Positions 54,363 to 64,000 of a stretch of 64,000 nt of DNA are shown one piece after another. The position numbers and the translations under genes are program-made. The DNA is taken from the NCBI GenBank assembly GCA_021741905.1, contig JAIOWZ010000004.1, positions 258 through 64,257 of the forward strand, given 5' to 3'. Numbering within the stretch: position 1 is the first letter of the stretch; each line of letters starts with the position of its first letter. This stretch comes from Candidatus Planktophila sp. GTDB taxonomy: Bacteria > Actinomycetota > Actinomycetes > Nanopelagicales > Nanopelagicaceae. The notes beneath the pieces were generated by a model that was given only the letters and a program-made list of their open reading frames with translations, had not been told where the DNA came from and did no database searches.

Positions 54363-55079
54363 ATGAACAAGAATAATAGCGGAGTTGGCGTATTAGATAA
54401 AGCCGTAGCCATTTTAAGCACCTTAGAGGCCGGCCCGCATTCACTTGCTGAATTAGTTGCTGCTACAGGCATTGCTCGTCCTACAGCCCACCGCCTCGCT
54501 GTTGCACTTGAGTTCCACCGTTTAGTAGCTCGTGATTTAACGGGACGATTTGTTCTAGGACCGCGTTCGGCTGAACTAGGTGCAGCTGCAGGTGAGGATC
54601 GCTTATTAGCCGCTGCTGCGCCCGCTCTGGCCGCTTTGCGCGATGCAACAGGGGAAAGTGCGCAGTTGTATCGCCGCCAAGGGGATCTGCGCATCTGCGT
54701 TGCTGTGGCTGAACGTTTATCAGGGTTGCGCGATTCTGTTCCAGTTGGTGCTGCCTTAACTATGCAGGCTGGATCTGCCGCGCAAATTCTTCTTGCTTGG
54801 GAAGAGTCCGAAAAGATTCATCGTGGTTTAACTAACGCACGATTTACTGCGGCACAACTATCTGCAGATCGTCGTCGCGGTTGGGCGCAATCAGTTGGGG
54901 AACGTGAAGCCGGAGTAGCTTCTGTTTCAGCACCTGTGCGTGCTCCTAATGGCAAAGTAATAGCTGCTGTCAGCATAAGCGGCCCGATCGAACGTCTAGG
55001 ACGTCAACCTGGCCGCATTCATGCCGCTGCTGTCGTTGCTACTGCAGCTCGTCTGACTGAACATCTAGCTCGCGAATAA
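54363..55079 (+). CDS. IclR-family regulator (NdgR/LtbR-like) divergent from leuCD
   Basis: SGVGVLDKA, RPTAHRLA HTH, GESAQLY, SVSAPV, SISGP. Confidence 0.92.
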   Translation: MNKNNSGVGVLDKAVAILSTLEAGPHSLAELVAATGIARPTAHRLAVALEFHRLVARDLTGRFVLGPRSAELGAAAGEDRLLAAAAPALAALRDATGESAQLYRRQGDLRICVAVAERLSGLRDSVPVGAALTMQAGSAAQILLAWEESEKIHRGLTNARFTAAQLSADRRRGWAQSVGEREAGVASVSAPVRAPNGKVIAAVSISGPIERLGRQPGRIHAAAVVATAARLTEHLARE

Positions 55080-55545
55080 CGCGAGAAATTGTAGAAAAGG
55101 AAAAACCTTTTCTTTGTAGCAGGGATTGAATTCTGCGAATCTGAACCTCTGGCTCAAGTCGACTCATTGTGTTGTACTTCTTCATTCCGAGCGAAAAAGC
55201 GGATCGATACTCAGATTCATCATCAATCTCATCCAACGCTTGATCAATACTGGATTGATCTACTCCCCTAGTGCGAAGCTCACCAGCAATAATGCGCTTA
55301 GATAACTTCTTAGAGGTATGACGAGATTGAGTCCAGGCCTTTGCAAACTCTTCGTCGTTAATCAAGCCACTTTCTTGAAGACGAAAAATCGTTGCCTGAG
55401 CAACATCATCTTCTACCCCACGCTTTTTTAAGTGAGCCAGAAGCTCACCCTTACTCTTGGCGCGTGCAACCAAAGCATTAAGCGCGATGGTGTTTGCGAT
55501 TGAGTAAGGGTCAGCCTCCTGGTCAACCTTTAGGTACTCAAGCAT
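55039..55545 (-). CDS. recX: Regulatory protein RecX
   Basis: GLINDEEFA, ELRTRGV, LQRKGF; directly after recA. Confidence 0.92.
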   Translation of the reverse strand: MLEYLKVDQEADPYSIANTIALNALVARAKSKGELLAHLKKRGVEDDVAQATIFRLQESGLINDEEFAKAWTQSRHTSKKLSKRIIAGELRTRGVDQSSIDQALDEIDDESEYRSAFSLGMKKYNTMSRLEPEVQIRRIQSLLQRKGFSFSTISRVIRELDVQSDELQ

Positions 55546-55551
55546 TGGAGC

Positions 55552-56646
55552 TTAGAAATCCACCTCTGCGGCAGCCTCATCAATAGCAGCAACAAGTGCT
55601 GGATCGACCTCAACTGGAACAAAGTGAGCGCGGATCTTGTTTTCAATCTCATTTGCTAGATCTGGGTTATCAATCAGGAATGCGCGAGCATTTTCCTTAC
55701 CCTGACCCAGCTGATCTGCCTCGTATGTGTACCAAGCACCAGACTTCTTAACAACTCCAATTTCAACACCCATGTCGATCAATGAGCCTTCGCGTGAAAT
55801 TCCTGTGCCGTAAATAATGTCAAACTCTGCCTGCTTAAACGGTGGAGCCATCTTGTTCTTAACTACCTTTACGCGGGTACGGTCCCCAACAGATTGTTGT
55901 CCATCCTTAAATCTTCCAATTCGACGGATACCATGGCGTATGGAGGCGTAGATCTTAAGTGCCTTTCCACCTGTTGTTGCCTCTGGAGAACCAAACAAAA
56001 CACCGATCTTGTCACGCAACTGGTTAATAAAGATTGCTGTTGTCTTTGATTGGTGCAGCGCGCCTGTGATCTTACGAAGTGCCTGAGACATCAAACGAGC
56101 TTGTAGACCCATGTGTGAATCACCCATCTCGCCTTCGATTTCTGCGCGAGGAACAAGTGCTGCAACTGAGTCAACTACAACAAGATCAAGTGCACCTGAT
56201 CGGATAAGCATGTCCATGATCTCTAGCGCTTGCTCACCAGTATCTGGTTGTGAGACCAAGAGTGCATCAATATCAACACCGAGCTTCTTTGCATACTCTG
56301 AATCAAATGCATGCTCTGCATCGATAAATGCACAGATGCCGCCAGCCTTTTGAGCATTTGCAATTGCATGCAAGGTAAGAGTTGTCTTACCGGAAGATTC
56401 TGGTCCGTAAATTTCAACAACGCGACCTCGTGGAAGTCCACCAATACCAAGTGCGATGTCGAGTGCGATTGAACCAGTTGGAATAACTTCGATCACTGTG
56501 TTCTGTCGCTCTGACATCTTCATTACTGCGCCTTTACCAAATTGACGTTCGATCTGGGCTAGGGCTGTATCCAACGCCTTGTGGCGTTCAATGTTGGCTT
56601 TGTCTTGTGCTGCATCGTTTGCTTTATTACTTTTTTCAGTAGCCAC
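55552..56646 (-). CDS. recA: Recombinase RecA
   Basis: [37 protein letters not shown]; GTG 56646 after AAAGGA RBS. The ORF-track extension to 56871 is leader/promoter DNA. Confidence 0.96.
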   Translation of the reverse strand: MATEKSNKANDAAQDKANIERHKALDTALAQIERQFGKGAVMKMSERQNTVIEVIPTGSIALDIALGIGGLPRGRVVEIYGPESSGKTTLTLHAIANAQKAGGICAFIDAEHAFDSEYAKKLGVDIDALLVSQPDTGEQALEIMDMLIRSGALDLVVVDSVAALVPRAEIEGEMGDSHMGLQARLMSQALRKITGALHQSKTTAIFINQLRDKIGVLFGSPEATTGGKALKIYASIRHGIRRIGRFKDGQQSVGDRTRVKVVKNKMAPPFKQAEFDIIYGTGISREGSLIDMGVEIGVVKKSGAWYTYEADQLGQGKENARAFLIDNPDLANEIENKIRAHFVPVEVDPALVAAIDEAAAEVDF

Positions 56647-56808
56647 GTACATTCCTTTCGATAGAACGTCCTGCGCTATGCAGTTCGTTTGGTGTGCGGC
56701 CCAGAAGGTACGGAGACCCAACGACGGTCTGCAGAAGCTCCACAACTGGTGTGGAGAAGTGCTGCAGGCGGAGGTTGGAACCGCTCTGGTTGTACTCGGA
56801 AAGTTTAT

Positions 56809-56824
56809 CCGAACATCTGTTCGA
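56809..56824. promoter_or_regulatory. LexA SOS box (actinobacterial type)
   Basis: CCGAAC-ATCT-GTTCGA matches TCGAAC-N4-GTTCGA with one mismatch; adjoins the recA -10 element. Confidence 0.88.
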
Positions 56825-56847
56825 AAGGTAACAGGTGGCACTGACAA
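56825..56847 (-). promoter_or_regulatory. RecA-NDp/PafBC-type promoter of recA
   Basis: Minus strand TTGTCAGTG-CCACCTGT-TACCTT, an exact match to tTGTCRgtg-N8-TAnnnT. Confidence 0.85.
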
Positions 56848-56881
56848 GCTCAGGCGTGTCGCCACGGGCATACTTACCCCC

Positions 56882-57427
56882 GTGCTGATCTTGCTCCCAC
56901 CCTCTGAGAAGAAATCTGCCTCCCCTGGGCCGGCAATCCAGGTCTACACAGGGGTTCTCTACGCCGCCTTGGGATGGGATCGCCTGACCAAGGCGCAACA
57001 AAAGCTGGGTGGAAAATCAATCGCAATCATTTCAGCCAAATACGCGGTGGTGCGCCCCTTAGATCCAATAAAGCCATACAAGGAAAAGATCAACAATAAA
57101 AAGATGGCACCACGTGTGGAGAAATCTCTTGCTGGCATTGAATCTGAATTAATTATTGATTGTCGCTCATCAACATATCAAACAGTCTGGCAATCCCCCG
57201 TCGCGATAACCGTTGAAATCAAGGTCTTTACCAAAATTGATGGCGAGAAAAAGGTCATTACCCACATGTCCAAAAAGACCCGTGGTGAAGTTACACATCA
57301 CATCCTAAAGAGTGCAAAAGTTCCTGCTAATCCATATGAACTGGAAGCAATAGTTTCGCAGGAGTTTGAATGCGAATTAATTCAAGGAGGTAAGAAAAGT
57401 CCTTGGGTGCTAGAGGTGTATTGCTAA
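56882..57427 (+). CDS. yaaA: YaaA/DUF328 peroxide-stress DNA-binding protein (shortened)
   Basis: [35 protein letters not shown]; start GTG 56882. Confidence 0.82.
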   Translation: MLILLPPSEKKSASPGPAIQVYTGVLYAALGWDRLTKAQQKLGGKSIAIISAKYAVVRPLDPIKPYKEKINNKKMAPRVEKSLAGIESELIIDCRSSTYQTVWQSPVAITVEIKVFTKIDGEKKVITHMSKKTRGEVTHHILKSAKVPANPYELEAIVSQEFECELIQGGKKSPWVLEVYC

Positions 57428-57434
57428 AGCTTTT

Positions 57435-58235
57435 CTACGAGGCAAGAAGAGCAGTTTTCTTAATCAGCTCAACGGTTAATGCAGGATAGTTCCACATAAT
57501 CACATGCGCACAGTTATCAACAACGATCCACCGCGAATGCGCAGGTGCAACACTTTTTTCTTGAGCAATCTTTTCTGGCAATGTTAGATCTTCATCTCCA
57601 AAAACTACAGAGAGCTTTACCTTTTCAGGGACGACAGATTCAAATCTACGCCCATTTGCGCCATGCCACATCGGCATATATCCCTTTGACTTTGCCATCG
57701 CAATAACTGAATCACGGCAGGATTCAAAACTTAATTCCCGCCACAAGTGTGTGATCTTCTTATATCCAATAGCTTTTAAAACTGGAATTCGATATGCAGT
57801 CTTCATAAAGTGCTGGGATATTTTCGCAAGGATTCGAGCAACAAGACTTGGTGGGAACTTTCGTGGTGGTTGTTCATGCCATAAACCAGCCGGGGCTAAT
57901 GCGGTAACACTTAAAATATGATCTGGTGCTACCGCTGCCATCTCTAATGCGATCCATCCTCCAAGGGAGTTTCCGGCAACGTGCATAGTTTTAACATCCA
58001 TCTCAGAAACCATGTAATCAACTATCGCCTGAGCAAGGGAACGTGGATCCATTTCTTCATTCTGGCTAAGTGGTGCATCACCATGTCCTGGAAGGTCAAT
58101 TGCATAGACCGTGAAACTTTCAATTAGTTGTGGCACCAGAGTTTTCCAAATATTTCCAGCAGAACCCAATCCATGCACAAGGACAAGTGCGGGGTTATTC
58201 AAGTCTTGTGTGTAACGATGAGCGCTAACTGGCAT
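57435..58235 (-). CDS. Alpha/beta-fold hydrolase
   Basis: LVHGLG, IDLPGHG, GNSLGG nucleophile elbow, C-terminal His (CAH); start ATG 58235. Confidence 0.9.
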   Translation of the reverse strand: MPVSAHRYTQDLNNPALVLVHGLGSAGNIWKTLVPQLIESFTVYAIDLPGHGDAPLSQNEEMDPRSLAQAIVDYMVSEMDVKTMHVAGNSLGGWIALEMAAVAPDHILSVTALAPAGLWHEQPPRKFPPSLVARILAKISQHFMKTAYRIPVLKAIGYKKITHLWRELSFESCRDSVIAMAKSKGYMPMWHGANGRRFESVVPEKVKLSVVFGDEDLTLPEKIAQEKSVAPAHSRWIVVDNCAHVIMWNYPALTVELIKKTALLAS

Positions 58236-58236
58236 T

Positions 58237-58437
58237 TTAGTACTTGTACTTTTCTGTCTCAGTCGGATGAGCTTTACATACAGCCCTCCAAATAACATCT
58301 GGCTCAAACCCAGCAGCTAATGCCTCATTCACGCTTTTGCTACCTAATTCTGAAAGTGCGATATCTGAAGAGAATGAAGGTGCCCAGGCATCACCAAATG
58401 ACAAGGTGATGCGCTCCCGAAGATCAGAGATTCGCAA
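58237..58437 (-). CDS. DUF3046 family protein
   Basis: [32 protein letters not shown]; usual neighbour of actinobacterial recA. Confidence 0.82.
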   Translation of the reverse strand: MRISDLRERITLSFGDAWAPSFSSDIALSELGSKSVNEALAAGFEPDVIWRAVCKAHPTETEKYKY

Positions 58438-58951
58438 TTGCGGTAATTGCTTCTGCTTGTGCACGCGATTGTGCAGGAGTAATTGGATGCAAAGCCTGTC
58501 CGATCAACCAGCGTGTTGCGAGCTCACTTTTTCCGCTTCCCAACAAGTGAGTCATAGCAATTGCAAAAGCTTTCCATAAAACATCTGTCTGAGCAGATAA
58601 GGCAGTGGTCAAAAGGTCAGGATCCTGCGAGCGCATCGCAGCTAGGGCTTTGTCTTGGGAAATTTCAATTGAGATCAGCTCCAGAGCAGAGGTTGCATCA
58701 GGGGCTGCTTGGGCAATTACAACTAGCCGTTGCATTTCTGATTCACACAGACTACGAATAACGCTCTCTTTGTCTCGGTAATGGTTGTATAAAGTAGCGC
58801 GAGAAACTTCGGATACATCTGCAATTTCGATCATGGACATTTTTTTTAAACCAGTTGTTGCAATTAATTGTTTTGTCGCCTCAAGAATTGCGTATTGCGT
58901 ACGGCGGTGAGTTGCTACTTGTGGCGCGTACTTATTAAGCGGCATCGACAA
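58424..58951 (-). CDS. TetR-family transcriptional regulator
   Basis: ILEATKQLI...[27 protein letters not shown]. Confidence 0.9.
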   Translation of the reverse strand: MSMPLNKYAPQVATHRRTQYAILEATKQLIATTGLKKMSMIEIADVSEVSRATLYNHYRDKESVIRSLCESEMQRLVVIAQAAPDATSALELISIEISQDKALAAMRSQDPDLLTTALSAQTDVLWKAFAIAMTHLLGSGKSELATRWLIGQALHPITPAQSRAQAEAITAIANL

Positions 58952-59207
58952 CAGTGAGAGTTACGCCCTCACGGCTCTTGAGCTCTGCAGAAACATCACT
59001 GAAAACGCCGGAAAGAGAAAGTCCTAATGCAACGCAAATTGCATTAAGTAATTCAGAGGATGCTTCTTTTTGTCCGCGCTCGACCTCAGAGAGATATCCA
59101 AGAGAAACACGGGCATCACGTGCGACATCGCGCAATGTGCGACCTTGGGCGGTGCGCGCAGAACGAAGGGTTTGGCCAATAGCTTCACGGACTAGAACCA
59201 TTGTCAT
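58935..59207 (-). CDS. clgR: XRE-family regulator ClgR
   Basis: [29 protein letters not shown]; follows cinA-pgsA. Confidence 0.85.
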   Translation of the reverse strand: MTMVLVREAIGQTLRSARTAQGRTLRDVARDARVSLGYLSEVERGQKEASSELLNAICVALGLSLSGVFSDVSAELKSREGVTLTVVDAA

Positions 59208-59228
59208 ACTCCCTTCAATTGTCGATCC

Positions 59229-59720
59229 TTAAACGCGATGTCTAAGGATACGCGCAAAGGTGGCAATCGCGCTTGATGTGGCAGCGTTTCTCACAGAATC
59301 ACGATCTCCTGACAAGGCTAACTCGATTGTGTGGCTGATTGGGCCTTCAATGGCAACCCACACGACGCCTATCGGATACCCATCCGACGGAGTAGGTCCA
59401 GCAACACCTGTTGTAGAAATCGCCCAGGTTGTGCCAAAGGAGTTGATCGCACCTTTTGCCATAGCAATTGCGACCTCTTCACTGATCACGGTGTGCTTTT
59501 GAATCAGCGCTGGGTCAACATTTAAGTGGGAAATTTTAATTTCATCGCGATATGCCGTTACTCCACCTACAAAGACATCAGATGCTCCTGCAACAGTGAC
59601 AATTCCAGCACTTACAGATCCTGCAGTTAAAGACTCTGCGGTACTAATTGTTTCTCCGCGTTGGCGCAGATGTTCAACGATCTCGGCAGAAAAGCCAAGG
59701 ATCTCGTTTGCTAACGTCAT
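59229..59720 (-). CDS. cinA: CinA C-terminal domain / NMN deamidase (PncC-like)
   Basis: TAESLTAG, TTGVAGP. Confidence 0.88.
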   Translation of the reverse strand: MTLANEILGFSAEIVEHLRQRGETISTAESLTAGSVSAGIVTVAGASDVFVGGVTAYRDEIKISHLNVDPALIQKHTVISEEVAIAMAKGAINSFGTTWAISTTGVAGPTPSDGYPIGVVWVAIEGPISHTIELALSGDRDSVRNAATSSAIATFARILRHRV

Positions 59721-59739
59721 CTGCCTAACCTTTCTTAAT

Positions 59740-60285
59740 TCACTCTTTGTGTGTGAAGGCTGATTTCACATAATACACACCGGTAACGATAGTCAGTACC
59801 ACTGCGATATACATAAAGCCATCACGGAACCAGTAAAGATTGGCACTCAGTGGCAACACATAGAAGCCAACGCCAAAGTTCTGCATCGTCGCCTTGATCT
59901 TTCCGCCCTTGTTAGCTGGGATAACTCCCCGCTTTATGACAGAGACTCGAAATAAGGTGATTCCAATTTCACGGAACAAAATCACACCTGTAATCCACCA
60001 TGGCATTGTTCCTAAAATCGATAGTGAAACCATCGCCGTACCGATCATGAATTTATCGGCAACTGGATCTAAGAACTCCCCAAACTTGGTAACAGTCCCT
60101 CGACTTCTAGCCAACTTTCCATCTAGAACATCTGATAAGCCAAGCACAAAGAAAACGCACCAAGAAATGTATTGCCAAGTTGGATCATCGCCACCATTCT
60201 TAAAAAGGGTATAGGCGCCAACTGGGACAAATAGCACCCGCATTACAGTGATGAAATTGGGTGTTATGAAAGCTGGCAGGTTCAT
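59740..60285 (-). CDS. pgsA: CDP-diacylglycerol--glycerol-3-phosphate 3-phosphatidyltransferase
   Basis: PNFIT..R, D..DG..AR...VTKFG..LDPVADK, GKIKA. Confidence 0.93.
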   Translation of the reverse strand: MNLPAFITPNFITVMRVLFVPVGAYTLFKNGGDDPTWQYISWCVFFVLGLSDVLDGKLARSRGTVTKFGEFLDPVADKFMIGTAMVSLSILGTMPWWITGVILFREIGITLFRVSVIKRGVIPANKGGKIKATMQNFGVGFYVLPLSANLYWFRDGFMYIAVVLTIVTGVYYVKSAFTHKE

Positions 60286-61637
60286 AGCGGCTTAGCCACC
60301 AAATCTGCCCCCATTGAATCAATAACCACCGCATCAACATACTGTCCGACTTTGTAATCTGTTCCAATAAAAGAAGTTGTGCCATCTACTTCAGGTCCTT
60401 GGTGAGCTGCGCGACCTTCCTGCAGCTCCTCATCTTCAATCAGAACCCGCACATTTTCACCAATTCGCGCCTGTGCTCGCAATGAAACCATTTCATCGGC
60501 TAGTGAGGATAATGTTTCAACTCGCTGGGCAATTATATCTGCATCAACTTTGTCTACCAGATTGAGGGCTTCAGTATTGTCTTCATCTGAATACCCAAAT
60601 ACTCCAACAGCATCTAACTTTGCCTTAGTAATAAAGTCGGCCAGATCATCAAAATCTTCTTGGGTTTCACCTGGAAAACCAACTATAAAGTTTGAACGAA
60701 TTCCGGCCTCTGGTGACACCGCGCGAACTTGGCTGATCAGATGTAAAAACTTTTCGCTATCTCCAAAGCGGCGCATCCTTCGAAGTACCGTTGGACTGGT
60801 GTGTTGAAAGGATAAATCGAAGTACGGCGCAGTTTTATCTGTTGCGATCATGGCTTGAATCAGTGTCGGGCGCATTTCAGCTGGCTGCAAGTAAGACAAT
60901 CGCACGCGCTCCACACCAGGTAGGGCTGCGATATCCGGCAAGATCTTTTCCATCAATTGGAGATCGCCTAAATCTTTTCCATAGGAGGTTGTGTTTTCAC
61001 TGACTAAGAAAAGTTCTGTGACGCCATTTTCAGCCAGCCAACGCGCCTCTTTGATGATGTCGGTGGGACGCCTTGAAATAAAGGATCCACGGAAATATGG
61101 AATCGCACAAAATGAACAACGTCGATCACAGCCTGAAGCAATCTTTAGCGGAGCCCAAGGCGCATTGCCTAAACGCTTTCTAGAAAACTCTTCACTCTCG
61201 CGGGCATCTGCGCGATCAACTGGAGCAATCGGCAGCAATGCCCGGCGATCTCTCGGCACGTGCGACTTATGGGATTCACCGGCGATAATTGATTGCAGGC
61301 GCGCAGAAATATCTTTGTAGTCATCAAATCCTAGGATTGCATCTGCTTCAGGAAGTGCAGCTGCTAATTCATTTCCATAGCGTTCTGCCATACAACCGAC
61401 TGCAACAACGGCCCGAGTAACCCCATGACCCTTGAGCGAATTAGCCTCTAAAAGGGCATCTACAGAATCTTTCTTAGCAGACTCAATAAAACCACATGTG
61501 TTCACAAGTGCGACCTCAGCTGACTCAACATCATCAACAAGGGTCCAGCCATCGGCTGCTAAGCGGCCAGCTAATTCTTCAGAATCTACTTCGTTTCGGG
61601 CGCATCCAAGTGTGACTACTGCAACGGTGCGCTTCAT
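60282..61637 (-). CDS. rimO: Ribosomal protein S12 methylthiotransferase
   Basis: [31 protein letters not shown]. Confidence 0.95.
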   Translation of the reverse strand: MKRTVAVVTLGCARNEVDSEELAGRLAADGWTLVDDVESAEVALVNTCGFIESAKKDSVDALLEANSLKGHGVTRAVVAVGCMAERYGNELAAALPEADAILGFDDYKDISARLQSIIAGESHKSHVPRDRRALLPIAPVDRADARESEEFSRKRLGNAPWAPLKIASGCDRRCSFCAIPYFRGSFISRRPTDIIKEARWLAENGVTELFLVSENTTSYGKDLGDLQLMEKILPDIAALPGVERVRLSYLQPAEMRPTLIQAMIATDKTAPYFDLSFQHTSPTVLRRMRRFGDSEKFLHLISQVRAVSPEAGIRSNFIVGFPGETQEDFDDLADFITKAKLDAVGVFGYSDEDNTEALNLVDKVDADIIAQRVETLSSLADEMVSLRAQARIGENVRVLIEDEELQEGRAAHQGPEVDGTTSFIGTDYKVGQYVDAVVIDSMGADLVAKPL

Positions 61638-61665
61638 TTGCGCAATCTTACCCTGTTTAAGGCTA

Positions 61666-62409
61666 TTAAGAATCTACCCCATACGACACGCTAACAACTT
61701 CGCCATCGGCACCGATTGGATCGACCGATTTACCGTTCACAGTTAGATCAACGCCACCGGCATTGCCAACTTTTATGTTGAGGGAAACTTCAGTGCTAAA
61801 GGTTTTGGTAGTGCCGCGTGCAATTTGGCCACTAAAGAGTGTTCGTCCTGATGCATCAGATACAAAGAGCCAGCTTTTGCCTCGTGCTGCAAAAATCACA
61901 AGCTCTACACCAGTCCCCGTTGAAACAGTTGCTTCCTCAGTGGGGGTCGCTTCACTTGCTGAAGTAGAAGGAGTCGGACTTGCTGATTCTGAAGCAGTTG
62001 CAATCGGTTCAGGTATATCCAGAGATGATGTGTTTGAAATAATTATTTGAGCAAGCCCAACTACAAACAAGGATGAAACAGAAATTGTTGCCAATACTTT
62101 CCAAGAAACTTTACGAGCTTCTTGGGGTTCTTTCATAACGCCTTTTTCTACCAGCAAATCTTGCATGGATCGATCTACCTGCATCTGTTCTTCTTCAAAT
62201 GCAGCGATGAATATAAGTGGGTCGACACCTAACTTTGTTGCAATATTTCGTATGTGACCACGTGCATATGTTTCACCACCGCAATTACTAAACGAATCTG
62301 CCTCCATTTCACGCAACAATGAACCACGAATATTTGTGGCTGCAGAAAGATCTTCAATACTCAGCCCAGCACTCTTTCGTGCTTGAGTAATCAAAGAACC
62401 AAGAGACAT
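61666..62409 (-). CDS. rodZ: RodZ-like protein (HTH, TM segment, DUF4115)
   Basis: N-terminal HTH with YARGHIR, one TM segment, S/T/P linker, GNAGGV.LTVNG. Confidence 0.82.
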   Translation of the reverse strand: MSLGSLITQARKSAGLSIEDLSAATNIRGSLLREMEADSFSNCGGETYARGHIRNIATKLGVDPLIFIAAFEEEQMQVDRSMQDLLVEKGVMKEPQEARKVSWKVLATISVSSLFVVGLAQIIISNTSSLDIPEPIATASESASPTPSTSASEATPTEEATVSTGTGVELVIFAARGKSWLFVSDASGRTLFSGQIARGTTKTFSTEVSLNIKVGNAGGVDLTVNGKSVDPIGADGEVVSVSYGVDS

Positions 62410-62534
62410 GAACTAATCCTCAAACTTGCTATGGGGTGAGTCATAATCTTAAAGCAGAACAGGTGAGGGTGAATAGATACAAGCGTGAGAAATAGGGGTG
62501 AAAGAGGGTTACTTCCCTCCATGTTTACCTTCTA

Positions 62535-64000
62535 TTAATAATCGCGAAGGGTTGCAAGCACAGAATCAAGTTCATCAGGCTTGACCATCACGGTGCGCGC
62601 CTTAGAACCCTCTGAAGGACCAACAATTCCTCGAGACTCCATCAAGTCCATCAGGCGTCCAGCTTTGGCAAAACCAATTCGTAATTTTCTTTGCAACATG
62701 GATGTTGAACCAAATTGAGTTCCCACTACAAGTTCAACTGCCTGACACAGTTCATCTAGATCATCGCCAATTTCCTTATCAACCATTTTCATCTGGTTAG
62801 CGGGTGCAGTCACATCATCGCGATATCGCGGTTTTAACTGCTTCTTAACATGGGTTGTGACCGCTTCAATTTCACGCTCCGAAACATATGCTCCTTGAAT
62901 TCTTATCGCCCTGCTAGAACCCATTGGAATAAACAAAGCATCGCCTTGTCCTACTAGCTTTTCAGCACCCGGCGTATCCAAAATAACTCGACTATCGGCA
63001 AGTGAACTTGTTGCAAAAGAAAGGCGCGATGGAACATTTGCTTTAATCAAACCAGTAACGACATCTACTGATGGTCGCTGTGTTGCCAATACCAGGTGGA
63101 TACCTGCAGAGCGCGCTAACTGAGTAATGCGCACAACAGATTCTTCAACCTCTTTTGCTGCAACCATCATCAAATCTGCTAGTTCATCGATAATTACAAG
63201 TAGGTACGGATATGGCTCAATAGTGCGATCACTTCCTGGTGGTGGAACTACCTTTCCAGCACGAACCGCCTTATTGAAGTCATCGATGTGCCTAAAGCCA
63301 AATGTTGATAGATCCTCATAGCGAAGATCCATTTCGCGCACGACCCACGTGAGAGCATCTGCAGCTTTTTTAGGGTTGGTGATAATTGGAGTTATAAGGT
63401 GTGGAATACCTTCATATGCATTTAGTTCTACCCGCTTAGGATCAATGAGAACTAGGCGCACATCATCAGGAGTTGAGCGCATTAGTATCGAGGTAATCAT
63501 GGCGTTAATCATTGAAGACTTACCTGCACCAGTTGCACCAGCAACTAAAAGGTGAGGCATCTTGGCAAGATTTGCGCAAACATAGTTGCCCTCAACATCC
63601 TTACCTAAGGCAACCAGCATTGGATGTAGATCTTGACCTGCCACAGTTGAGCGCAAAACATCGCCTAACGCCACAATTTCGCGATCAGCATTTGGAATTT
63701 CAATTCCGACGGCAGACTTACCCGGAATTGGCGACAGGATGCGAACATCACTACTAGCAACAGCGTAAGAAATATTCTTTGCAAGCGCAGTTATGCGCTC
63801 TACCTTCACCGCATTTCCAAGTTCAACTTCATATCGGGTAACTGTTGGACCACGCATAAAACCAGTAACTTGTGCGTCAATTTCAAACTGCAAAAAGACC
63901 TCAGTTAAAGCAGCAACGACGACTTCGTTTGCTTTGCTCTTTGCCTTAGCAGCAGGTCCAGCTCGCAAAATATCAGATGCTGGAAGTTCGTACACAACAT
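62535..64000 (-). CDS. ftsK: DNA translocase FtsK (5' part outside the window)
   Basis: [47 protein letters not shown] gamma domain. Confidence 0.97.
   Translation of the reverse strand, partial: VVYELPASDILRAGPAAKAKSKANEVVVAALTEVFLQFEIDAQVTGFMRGPTVTRYEVELGNAVKVERITALAKNISYAVASSDVRILSPIPGKSAVGIEIPNADREIVALGDVLRSTVAGQDLHPMLVALGKDVEGNYVCANLAKMPHLLVAGATGAGKSSMINAMITSILMRSTPDDVRLVLIDPKRVELNAYEGIPHLITPIITNPKKAADALTWVVREMDLRYEDLSTFGFRHIDDFNKAVRAGKVVPPPGSDRTIEPYPYLLVIIDELADLMMVAAKEVEESVVRITQLARSAGIHLVLATQRPSVDVVTGLIKANVPSRLSFATSSLADSRVILDTPGAEKLVGQGDALFIPMGSSRAIRIQGAYVSEREIEAVTTHVKKQLKPRYRDDVTAPANQMKMVDKEIGDDLDELCQAVELVVGTQFGSTSMLQRKLRIGFAKAGRLMDLMESRGIVGPSEGSKARTVMVKPDELDSVLATLRDY

Noticed and set aside
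55882-55998. Diversity-generating retroelement or intein as the cause of the RecA anomaly
   Set aside because: No reverse transcriptase or template repeat is visible, the changes are not limited to adenines, and there is no insertion.
56647-56871. N-terminal extension of RecA (439-aa ORF) and of YaaA (from 56579)
   Set aside because: The region holds the SOS box, promoter and RBS, and homology starts at 56646 and 56882, so the open frames are probably incidental.
62410-62534. Repeated GGGTGA words between ftsK and rodZ
   Set aside because: Short, irregularly spaced and compatible with chance; no function can be supported.

Overview
Core-genome window from a streamlined, moderate-GC actinobacterium. 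Gene content, very short intergenic spacers and many leaderless genes suggest freshwater acI / Ca. Nanopelagicales (Planktophila-like); this is an inference. The window holds about 68 tightly packed CDS: lipid and fatty-acid metabolism, dxs, acnA, trkA pair, dut, hflX-dapF-miaA-miaB, rpsP-khpA-rimM-trmD, ftsY-amtB-glnK-ffh, smc, rnc, recG, leuCD, recA-recX and ftsK-rodZ-rimO-pgsA-cinA-clgR. I saw no rRNA, tRNA, CRISPR array, transposase or prophage. Two real genes are absent from the ORF track: a partial PadR regulator at the left edge and rpmF. The most interesting signal is regulatory. The actinobacterial RecA-independent (RecA-NDp / PafBC-type) DNA-damage promoter TGTCAGTG-N8-(T/C)AnnnT occurs three times: before recA, before a solo Cas4/AddB-like PD-(D/E)XK nuclease with a 2+2 Cys arrangement, and before a 57-aa four-Cys microprotein. 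This suggests uncharacterised members of a DNA-damage regulon. Also notable are a long multi-hairpin recA leader, a tight cluster of non-canonical substitutions in RecA (possibly a sequencing artefact), a sensor-less miniature histidine kinase coupled to fadD, and GlnR boxes before an amtB-glnK operon lacking glnD.
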